A DNA stretch of 64,000 nt from Macrostomum lignano (lineage: Eukaryota), in contig NIVC01000166.1 of NCBI GenBank assembly GCA_002269645.1, positions 1 to 64,000 on the forward strand, given 5' to 3'. The position numbers and the translations under genes were made by a program. Below, in pieces: positions 22,936 through 34,900 of the stretch; the stretch's first letter is position 1, and each line of letters starts with the position of its first letter. The notes beneath the pieces are model-generated. The model saw nothing but the letters and a program-made list of their open reading frames with translations, was not told the origin of the DNA and did no database searches.

Positions 22936-25900
22936 ATGCTGCCCTCGCAACAGCGCCGGCAAATCATCGTCCGCGCCACCCCGGCCTATTTGCCGGGGCC
23001 TTCGTCCAGTCAGCAGCAGCAGCAGCAACAGCAGCAGCCAGTCGTGACCTTCGCTGCAGTCTCTTCAACGCCCAGCATCTCGATGATGTCCCTAGCAACG
23101 GCTGGCACTCTGCCGTCGACTTTAGCGCCATCTTCCTCTACGTCGGCTGCTGCATCTTCGGCGGCGGCGGCGGCTGCTGCCGCGGCGAAGCGTCGACGAA
23201 TCGCTGGCCCGTCAGCGGCGACAGCCTCGCATCAGCTGTCTGACCGCGCCATCCGGCTGGCGCCAGAATGCGGCGCCCATCGGGAGCTGTCGCGGCTGGA
23301 GCAGCGGCTGGACGAGGCGATCCTGGCCAGGCGGCTGGCTCTGCACGAGGCGCAGCGGCGGCAGGGGCAGCCGAGACCGAAGCGGCGGTTCCGGCTGCAA
23401 CTGAGCAGCCATTTTGGCGCCTACGGTCCGGCTGGCGAGCAGGGCTGGGAGCTGCGGATTGAAGGTAGCTGAGCTGTGTGCGATTGTGAGATTATCCAAG
23501 CTGAGTAGACAGCCATTGTTATCAGACAACTGTAGGCTGATTGCAACACAAAATATGAACAGTTCCACATTTACTTGTTGTCTGACAGATATGAGACCCA
23601 CTGACACTAAAGCCTGACAGATGTGAGACCCACTGACACTGAAGCCTGACAGATGTGAGACCCACTGACACTGAAGTCTGACAGATATGAGACCCACTGA
23701 CACTAAAGCCTGACAGATGTGAGACCCACAGAGATCTGACAGATGTGATACATGAGATCCACTGAGATCTTGATATGAGACCCACTGAGATCTTGATATG
23801 AGACCCACTGACACTGAAGCCTGACAGATGTGAGACCCACTGAGATCTGACAGATATGAGACCCACTGAGATCTTGATATGAGACCCACTGACACTAAAG
23901 CCTGACAGATGTGAGACCCACTGACACTGAAGCCTGACAGATGTGAGACCCACTGACACTGAAGTCTGACAGATATGAGACCCACTGACACTAAAGCCTG
24001 ACAGATATGAGACCCACTGACACTGAAGCCTGACAGATATAAGACCCACTGACACTGAAGCCTGACAGATGTGAGACCCACTGACACTGAAGCCTGACAG
24101 ATATGAGACCCACTGACACTGAAGCCTGACAGATATGAGACCCACTGACACTGAAGCCTGACAGATGTGAGACCCACTGACACTGAAGCCTGACAGATAT
24201 GAGACCCACTGACACTGAAGCCTGACAGATATGAGACCCACTGACACTGAAGCCTGACAGATATGAGACCCACTGACACTAAAGCCTGACAGATGTGAGA
24301 CCCACTGACACTGAAGCCTGACAGATATGAGACCCACTGACACTGAAGCCTGACAGATATGAGACCCACTGACACTAAAGCCTGACAGATATGAGACCCA
24401 CTGACACTGAAGCCTGACAGATATGAGACCCACTGACACTGAAGCCTGACAGATATGGGACCCACTGACACTGAAGCCTGACAGATATGAGACCCACTGA
24501 CACTGAAGCCTGACAGATATGAGACCCGCTGACACTGAAGCCTGACAGATATGAGACCCACTGACACTGAAGCCTGACAGATATGAGACCCACTGACACT
24601 GAAGCCTGACAGATATGAGACCCACTGACACTGAAGCCTGACAGATATGAGACCCACTGACACTGAAGCCTGACAGATATGAGACCCGCTGACACTGAAG
24701 CCTGACAGATGTGAGACCCACTGACACTGAAGCCTGACAGATATGAGACCCGCTGACACTGAAGCCTGACAGATGTGAGACCCACTGACACTGAAGCCTG
24801 ACAGATATGAGACCCGCTGACACTGAAGTCTGACAGATATGAGACCCGCTGACACTGAAGTCTGACAGATATGAGACCCGCTGACACTGAAGCCTGACAG
24901 ATGTGAGACCCGCTGACACTGAAGCAGTGTTGCCAATCACACATTGGAGAAAAAATTCGCAGGGTCATTTCACAGTACACACTGAAGGTTAGAATGCAAC
25001 AATAACTGCTTTGAACGCAACTTCAGATATCCTTGATGAAATTTCGTCACTGTATTTCAATTTTTAAAAAGTTCTAGCAGGGGCACCACTCATGTACTGG
25101 TACCGGTATTATGCCATTTACTCTTAGTAGCCTTTATGATGTCTATGTACTGATAAAATTTATCAAAGAAATTCATTGCAGACCAAAATTAGATGTAAAA
25201 AACTTTTAAACATTTGATTGTAACTTAGTTTTTAATTGAAAAGTGACAGGAATTTACACATTTTACCGGGTTGTGGCAGTAATCAGCAGTCACATAGTAT
25301 TTAACTGAAAAGTGACAGGAATTTACACATTTTACCGGGTTGTGGCAGTAATCAGCACTCACATGTCTGGGGGCCGCTAACAGTACGCATTGAAGTTTCC
25401 AATAACTTTTTCAAATAACAAAACAGTAATAGAAACTTACCAAACAATATATGACGCTTATATTATAGAGAAAACGTAAAGGTTAAGCACAGTTTGAAAG
25501 CTAGTAAAATGACAGTTTAAAACATTGTGCTAGCTTCATAAGAGCTTTGGAACAAATAAATGTCTTGAAATTTTCATATAAGAATTAGCATAGATCGTCT
25601 TTACTCTTTAGTACGGCCATACTTGAGGCAAATAATCTCATATTCAAGTCTCACTAGTGACTACTAAAAATTTTTAGTGCATTTGATTACAGTATTATAA
25701 AAACTTATGCAATCACAATTGCAAGTGGCGAGTAGCGACTCTTTCTGTTTGCTTTACAGCCTGCTAGTATCGTGCTTATCGTGCTAGTACTGTCAGGTTT
25801 TCTTTGACACTTTTGGCAGGCGGGCCATCACTGCAAGTTCAGATTGGCGCTTTCCTCTGCTGCACTTCTCATAGCACTCTCCAGTCGCCTAGTCTCAAGA

Positions 25901-28900
25901 CTGGATAGGCGAGCCGTCGACTGTGTCTCCTCCGCCTGTGCCTTGCGCAAGTGGTCCGGTGCGCGCTGCACCTGCCGCTCGGCCTCGATGCAACGCTGAG
26001 CCGCTTCGCTTTTCTTCTGCTGTTCTGTCTTCTGCTTGCCGGCCAGCTGCTGAAGCTCAGTGCTTCGAATGCCGTCCTAAAAAAATAGACTGAAGACGAC
26101 AGCTTAGGTTCGATGGATATTGTGTCATAAAGCTTTAGAGTAGATACGATAGAAAATATTACAAACCTGTGCTGTCTTGCTTCGGATTCGCTTCTCCTCC
26201 TCGTCTGCAAGGCGCTGAAGTTCTTCAGCCTTTTTGCGTCTCTTCTGCTCAGCCAGGTAGTCTTGGTACTCAGCCCGGGCCTTCAATGCTGACTTCAACA
26301 ATGTGTCGGGTACAGGGATTGTTGCTGGCGTCAGGCCCCTGGCAGTGAGATAGCTCTTTGCTAGAAGTGAATTCACTCTTGTTGTATCTGCCAACCGGTT
26401 GCGCTTTTCCTGGGCATCAATGTCGTGGGACTTTCCGATGAAGCGTTCACTGTCCGCGTTTCCATGAAAGAGTGTGCAGCAAGCAAGGCCCAGGCGCCCC
26501 AGAAGGGGAAACTCAGTTGACTGCGCAATCGAGTACCATTCCCTGGCCAAATCCTTAGATCGCGCCGCATCCGTGGTTCCAGCAGAGTTAGTTGACATCA
26601 TGTTAAAATGGCGTGCCTCCGTTGTCAGCTAAATCCAGCTCAGCCGTTGGAATCACATTGGGAGGTTCTTGGCTACAAACTGGACCTTCTTCTCCGATAG
26701 AAGTCGATGTGTCCAGAAATGTCAGGCTACGTAACATTCTAGATTGAAACGGCAGGTTCATCTGTAGGTAGGTCGCGAGATCGAGCAGCACCTTCTTGAG
26801 GACGATAAGCTGAGGCCTGGGACTCTGACCCTCACCCAGCAGCTTCTTGGTGTCCGAACCGACGCCGATTTTCTTCAACGGAAGGTGAACGGTAGCACTC
26901 TGGAAGTCGATTCGTTGCACATGTTTCTCAGCGAGCACAGACTGCTGCACGAATTGTACATCAATGGACTCCAACAGTTGAATGTGCTGCTTGTGGATTT
27001 CATGAACGAGCACAGTGTTGCCCTGCTAAAACTTCATCTCGTACTTCTGTAGAAGGCGCAGGACATAAATGGCGAAACTAATTGCCGATCGAGTCGTCGC
27101 GTCCTACAGAGCTTTCCTGATGCGCTGGATTCGAGCGTTGGATGCAGCCGGAGCATCGTGAGCATCTCGACCAAACTGTTCTACAAAGTACTCGTATGTC
27201 ACCAGCACACTCCACTGCTGCTGGAGTCGCTCGAGGCAGGGCAGCAGCACCAACCAGTGCGTTAGTACATTACGGAGGAATTTAAGTGTGACCACGTTCA
27301 GCACCTCTTAAAAGGCTTTGAACTCCTTCGTCCGCTTTGGGCCCTTGGAAAAGCAGGCGTGAATGTCTTCACACAGAGATGCAATGGAGGACAAATGCGT
27401 ATCGATGGTATAGCGAGTACCATTCGCCACAACATGCAGGGTGCAGCCACCAACATCAACAAGATGCTTCAGCTCAGGCTCTGATCTCGGATACTTGACT
27501 ACTCCGAAGTGCATTCCTTGCATCACGTTGCAGTTATCTGAAAAGTCACCAATCTGCTTGTGGTATGACAAGCCGTGGTTCTGGATGCACTGGCGAATCA
27601 CAGTTGAACAGCTTTCAACGTCGAAGGCATTTATGGTGACCATATCCAGCATCTCCGTGACTACCTGTCCATCGCTCACGTACCTGATACAGATCATCCT
27701 GCGTCCATCACTTTCATCGAAACTCACGGAGTAGAATCCTCGTTGACGTACGGCGCGATCGCATGGTTGAGTAAGTAGGCCTGCTTAGTTCTTCCACACT
27801 TGAACGTCTTAACAATTTTAGAGTCAGAAAACATGGTAAGGAACAAGCTGGCAGCTTTGTCTTCGCCTGAAAATGACTTTGAGTTATAAGCTGCTTGCCA
27901 GGTCTAAACGAATTCAGCTTTAGTAGTGGCACATTGAAGTAGATCATCGCCTGTTGTGCGAGGCTGCCGGTCCACGAACTGGTCCAGAGTCTGCCCTGAG
28001 CATGCTAGCCACGTTGCTGATGTGTTTGGCTGTCTTTATGTGGGTTTTAACCACAGACACTCCTCCCAATACAACGTTCAGTTTGACATGACAGGCTGCA
28101 CAGAACCCCTCATGGTCACAAGATCCAAGGTCGCAACCATTTACTTGCATTTAACTGCTCTACCCATCTTGGATCATATACTGTGCAGTGTGTCATTATG
28201 CTTGTTAGAATGCTGAAAGAGGTGGTGGCCGGCAGTAGACCTTAATCCTTCATTAAATAGTATATGCCTGCGGTTAAAATTTTTTTCGTACAGAATAATG
28301 CCTCAAAGACTTCAAGTGATAAGTAGACATGTATCCTAGCATAGGAGATAATAACTTAATAAGCTTAATAGACTTAAAACTGATAAATATACTTTTATCC
28401 TACCATAAAAGACATTAGAGAGAGGGGAGGGAAAAGTAATAGAAATAAAGAAAGCGGGATCGAGAGACCGAGCGATGAAAGGAAAGTATGAAAGATAAAT
28501 GACCATTTCCATTTCCATGACTCTTTCATACAGAGAAGCAATGACAAAAATGAGAAAGTTTTGAGTACGCAGACTCTGGAAGTCGCTATACGAGGAACTC
28601 GTAACTGTTAGGCATAAACTAATGCTAGATGTGATCAAACTCAATTGAAAACTTGGAACGGTCACGGTCACGCTAAGCTCGCAAATCTGACGGAGCATTA
28701 AAGGCTAAAGCCAGAAGCGATAAATGGACAGTTGCTTCGTATTTCTAGAGAATAAACATTAACGCAAGCTATGCTTCTACAAGTCACTGCCATTTAGTTT
28801 ATATTTAAAAGGTTACAGAGCACAAAAGTAAAAATCAATAAGAACTACTGTATGCACTTAAAAATTCGCTGAAAAGCTCGAAATCTTGAGAAAAATTTCG

Positions 28901-31900
28901 GAGTGGCAACACTGCGACTGAAGCCGCAGTTCACTTCATTTAAGCCTCGAACTTGACCTAATAGAATTACAATAATTTTAGTAACTTTTCGGGGCAATTA
29001 TGATAAATTTTGCTCTAAGAAGAACTCACTAAATAACTCAATAATTCCCAAGGTCGCGCTTTGGACGACGCGTCGCCCTTAACGACCAGCTCAGGCGGGC
29101 TGACCACCAGCTCATCGACTGTGTCGGCTGCGTCGCTGCTTCATTCCGGACAGTCTGGCGCCGGCCTGTCGCACGACCAGTCCACTCTGGGCGGGCCCAA
29201 TGGCAGGCGTCGGTTTACCAGCTATCTAAACAGCCTGGTGGTTGAGCTGGACCGGGGCTTGTATGGGCCTGATCAGCATCTGGCTGAGTGGAACAGGGCT
29301 GAGGGTTTGCCCGACACGGATGGCTTCGTGGTGAGTGTTTTTCTGGTGCCCGTGTAGAAGTCAGAGCGAGTGAATCCTTGGAAGTAGCGAGTACTTAGCG
29401 GGAAAACCACCGATGAAATCAACTTTTTTTACACGGTAGCGCGTTTTTGCCAATTTTGTGACTCGCTACCAAAAAAACGCGCTGGCTCACGGTCAAATAC
29501 GCGGTGGTTTTCACGGTGAGAGCTCTCTCGCTGCTTGACTCGGTGGACAACTCGCTAGCCGCTTCACTCACTCGCTCATTCTCTCGCTAATTCTCTCGCT
29601 ACTGTTACTCGCTCATTCTCTCGCTACTGTTACTCGCTCATTCTCTCGCTACTGTTACTCGCTCATTCTCTCGCTACTGTTACTCGCTCATTCTCTCGCT
29701 ACTGTTACTCGCTCATTCTCTCGCTACTGTTACTCGCTCATTCTCTCGCTACTGTTACTCGCTCATTCTCTCGCTCGTTCTCTCGCTCATTCTCTCGCTC
29801 ATTCTCACGCTCATTCTCTCGCTCATTCTCTCGCTACTGTTACTCGCTCATTCTCTCGCTTGTTGTCTCGCTAATTCTGTCGGTGTACAAATAATATATT
29901 ATATATATTATAATAAATATATAAATAATTAATAATTAATAATTTATTTATTCTATTAATAATAGAACAAGCGAGAGAATGAGCGTGAGAATGAGCGAGA
30001 GAATGAGCGAGATTATTTTATATATATATATTATATATATATATATATAATATATAATAGTATAATAATAAAATTAATATTATAATATTAATAATATTTA
30101 ATAATAATATTAATATTATTATTATTATATATATATATATAATATATATTCGAGCAACAAGCTCGAAGACCAGTCGAAGTCAAACGGTAAGTCACGCGGA
30201 GGCCGATCAGTTACTGCGGCCGTTGTCCGCGGCGACGGCAACGTGGGATAGACGGTCGGTGCCGGTACCAATTTTTCGGCTTCCGTTATATAGAGAAAGA
30301 GCAAGACAGCAATTATAACTCTCTTAAAACAAAAACTTATAACTCTCTACTTTCTAGCTACTTTGGAAGAATGCATAACTGCGTAGTAGTTTTTGGTTTC
30401 GGTAGTTTGCTATAGTTTTAGTTTTCGAGTAAATCTAAAGTAGTTTTAGTTTTTTTGGCCAAAAAAGTTTTGGCAACTGGTCAACTATGAAAAAACAGTA
30501 ACTGCAAAAAACAACTGAAAATGTTACAATCCTTCAATGTAGTCTCCCCCTCTCTCAATGCACTTTTGGTGCCGCCGAATCCATGCTTCGAATGCGCCAT
30601 GGTACTCAGAAGCAGGTATGGCCTTCAGTTCTGAATTGATGCACTTAGCCAGGTCCTGGCATCGGTGAAAATTCCGTCCTGCCAGCCGTTCAGTCAGCTT
30701 GGCGAGCACCCAGAAGTCGCAGGGAGCCAAGTCAGGACTGTAGGGTGGGTGGCGGATGGTCTTGATGTTGTTGGCTGCCAGAAAGTTGGTCGTCAGGGCC
30801 GCTGTGTGACTGGACGCATTGTCATGGTGCAGGTGAACTCGCCCAGCTTGAAGCCGTGAGGGCTGAGTTGCGTGAAGTGACGCCATGACTTGTGGCAGAA
30901 CCGTACCGGAGTAGAAGCTGGCGTTCACATTCTGTCCATTAGGCACCATGATGACGGCCACGGGCCCAGATGTGCTGATGAAGATGATGAACATCTCCTT
31001 CCGGGACCGAAAGCTGGACCGCAGGACAGTCGGCCTCGCGTCTCCAGAGCCCACCCAGGCCTTGTTCTGCATCTTCTGGGGCGCTTGAAAAAAAACCATT
31101 TCTCATCACCTGTAAAGACGTCGGAAAGCCTCTGGCAGCCTCCTGGACCGAAGTTGCGCAGGAATTCCTGGCTGCACCGCACCCTCTCCCTCTTCTGCTC
31201 TTCTGTCAGGAGGTGGGGCACCCAGCGGGCGGTAACCTTGCGGAGGCCCAGGTGGCTGTGCAGGATGGTGTGCGCACTGCCATCGGAAATACCGACAGTC
31301 TCGCTAATCACAGCGACGGTAATGTTTGGATCCTCGTCCACCAGAGCCCTGACAGCAGCGATGTTGGCTTCGGTCACAGCTGTGCTGGGTCGTCCAGACC
31401 GGGGGTCGTCGTTCAAGGAGGCCCGTCTGGCGTTGATGGACTCTATCCACCTGGCGACCGTGCGGTAGGAAGGGGCTTGGTCCCCGACTACCTGGACCAG
31501 GTCTGCATGGATTTTGACCGCGCTTTCTCCGAGTCGTGAGCGCATGAAAACGTAGAATCGCCACTGGTCTGGTTGCACTGGCTCCATTTTTGGCAGAGTC
31601 TAAAACACCACCTTGCGTTGGCCACGCGCAAGTATAACACATTCGAGGGAAAAAAGTCATACTCTATGGTTAAAACCAATGTCTGCGAATTCGTAAAAAA
31701 AAATTTCAACGCTTTGTGATATGTACTTTTGGAGATATTAGGTCAGTTGCCAAAACTTTTTGAATGCCCCTCGTAGTATACGTTCTGGTGCTTTTCTTTT
31801 CTTTACTATTTTCTTTACTTTAGCATTTTTTTCGTACAAATCCTTACAATGCGCCGCATAAATGTCATCTTTATGAATTTACCGTACAAAGCCGTACAAG

Positions 31901-34900
31901 AAGGCGCCGTATGATGTCATCTTCATGAATATCAGTACTATTTCCAGCTTTAAGCCATAAATATACTGTACCGTTTGAACCAATTTAATATACACAAGTA
32001 ATTAAATGGTGTGCATACTTCATATGAAAAATCGAGCGCCGTTTTGAGCGCGAAACTGCAACATCCGGTGAGCTAAGCCACTGCATTTCTATTGTATAAG
32101 CGCGTCAAGTCTAGAGATGGGAAATGAGCGAGAGACAGTAGCGAGAGAATGAGCGAGTAACAGTAGCGAGAGAATGAGCGAGTAACAGTAGCGAGAGAAT
32201 GAGCGAGAGAATGAGCGAGTAACAGTAGCGAGAGAATGAGCGAGTAACAGTAGCGAGAGAATGAGCGAGAGAATGAGCGAGTAACAGTAGCGAGAGAATG
32301 AGCGAGTAACAGTAGCGAGAGAATGAGCGAGTAACAGTAGCGAGAGAATGAGCGAGTAACAGTAGCGAGAGAATGAGCGAGTAACAGTAGCGAGAGAATG
32401 AGCGAGTGACAGTAGCGAGAGAATGAGCGAGTAACAGTAGCGAGAGAATGAGCGAGAGACAGTAGCGAGAGAATGAGCGAGTAACAGTAGCGAGAGAATG
32501 AGCGAGTAACAGTAGCGAGAGAATGAGCGAATAACAGTAGCGAGAGAATGAGCGAGTAACAGTAGCGAGAGAATGAGCGAATAACAGTAGCGAGAGAATG
32601 AGCGAGTAACAGTAGCGAGAGAATGAGCGAGAGAATGAGCGAGTAACAGTAGCGAGAGAATGAGCGAATAACAGTAGCGAGAGAATGAGCGAGTAACAGT
32701 AGCGAGAGAATGAGCGAGAGAATGAGCGAGTAACAGTAGCGAGAGAATGAGCGAGTAACAGTAGCGAGAGAATGAGCGAGTAACAGTAGCGAGAGAATGA
32801 GCGAGTGACAGTAGCGAGAGAATGAGCGAGTAACAGTAGCGAGAGAATGAGCGAGAGAATGAGCGAGAGAATGAGCGAGTAACAGTAGCGAGAGAATGAG
32901 CGAGAGAATGAGCGAGTAACAGTAGCGAGAGAATGAGCGAGAGAATGAGCGTGAGAATGAGCGAGAGAATGAGCGAGAGAATGAGCGAGAGAATGAGCGA
33001 GTAACAGTAGCGAGAGAATGAGCGAGTAACAGTAGCGAGAGAATGAGCGAGAGAATGAGCGAGTAACAGTAGCGAGAGAATGAGCGAGTAACAGTAGCGA
33101 GAGAATGAGCGAGTAACAGTAGCGAGAGAATGAGCGAGTAACAGTAGCGAGAGAATGAGCGAGTAACAGTAGCGAGAGAATGAGCGAGTAACAGTAGCGA
33201 GAGAATGAGCGAGTAACAGTAGCGAGAGAATGAGCGAGTAACAGTAGCGAGAGAATGAGCGAGTAACAGTAGCGAGAGAATGAGCTAGAGAATGAGCGTG
33301 AGAATGAGCGAGAGAATGAGCGAGTAACAGTAGCGAGATAATGAGCGTGAGAATGAGCGAGAGACAATAGCGAGAGAATGAGCGTGAGAATTTTTACAAA
33401 AAATGCTTTTAGCGAGTCAGCACCGTGCGAAAATGAGCGAGTGCAGGGACATAAACTCGGTGTATTTTGCACGCTCTTTGAATTTTTTTAGCGCGTTAAC
33501 TCGCTCTAACTTTTACACGGGGTGTTTTACTAGACTCAGAGTAGGTTAGTTTCATATCTGTCAGGCTTCAGTAGGTCTCATAATATCTGTCAGGCTTCAG
33601 TAGGTCTCAAAATATCTGTCAGGCTTCAGTAGGTCTCATAATATCTGTCAGGCTTCAGTAGGTTTCATAATATCTGTCAGGCTTCAGTAGGTCTCATAAT
33701 ATCTGTCAGGCTTCAGTAGGTCTCATAATATCTGTCAGGCTTCAGTAGGTCTCATAATATCTGTCAGGCTTCAGTAGGTCTCAAAATATCTGTCAGGCTT
33801 CAGTAGGTCTCATAATATCTGTCAGGCTTCAGTAGGTTTCATAATATCTGTCAGGCTTCAGTAGGTCTCATAATATCTGTCAGGCTTCAGTAGGTCTCAT
33901 AATATCTGTCAGGCTTCAGTAGGTCTCAAAATATCTGTCAGGCTTCAGTAGGTCTCATAATATCTGTCAGGCTTCAGTAGGTCTCATAATATCTGTCAGG
34001 CTTCAGTAGGTCTCAAAATATCTGTCAGGCTTCAGTAGGTCTCATAATATCTGTCAGGCTTCAGTAGGTCTCATAATATCTGTCAGGCTTCAGTAGGTCT
34101 CATAATATCTGTCAGGCTTCAGTAGGTCTCATAATATCTGTCAGGCTTCATGGTCAGTGAGTCTCATAACTCTCAGACGTCACAGTAATGCTTCATACCA
34201 ACCAATAACCCCCCATCTGTCTCCAGGTGCGCAGGGCCGGCGAGTCGCCAGTCCGAGTAACGGTGCTGCTGACCCCTGAGCAGCGACCCCCTCGCTACCG
34301 CTTGCAGCCTCAGCTGGGCCGCCTGCTCGGGCTGCACACGGGCACCCAGGCGCAGGCGGCGCACGCTTTCTGGCGCTACGTTGCCGCCAAATCCCTGCTG
34401 GACCCGCTGGACAGAGCCTGTCTGGTGCTGGACCAGCCGCTGGGCGAGCTGTTCAGATCGGATGGCCAGGCCAGCAAAGAGCCGGTGAGAATTCCTACAG
34501 CTGATGTGCCCAGGCGGCTGGCCCAGCTGCTGCTGCCGATGGAGCCGCTGTCTCTAAACTATCTAGTGTCGGCCGAGGCCGGGGTTAAACGCTGCGTTAA
34601 TTACGAATTAGAATTGGACGCTGAAGATTCTGGCGTGTTGTCTGCTGCTGCTGAGCCTGTTGCTATGAGCGGATCTACTTTGCAGGTTAGTGATCAGTTG
34701 ATTGTGCCTCGTGAACTGAAAATATCAACACAACTCTAAATGAGACACAATGTAGAAGGTGAGAGACACAAATGAAGGACAGGTGAGAGACAAATGGGGA
34801 AGAGGTGAGAGTCATAAATGGGGAGAGGTGAGAGACACAAATGGGGGAGAGGTGAGAGACACAAGTGGAAGAGAGGTGAGAGACACAAATGGGGAGAGGT

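Noticed and set aside
23212-24980. Long minus-strand ORFs (574, 472, 201 aa)
   Set aside because: They are translations of the 32-bp minisatellite, antisense to a SMARCD intron, with no domain content.
32111-33472. 453-aa hydrophobic ORF
   Set aside because: Product of the 25/12-bp array.
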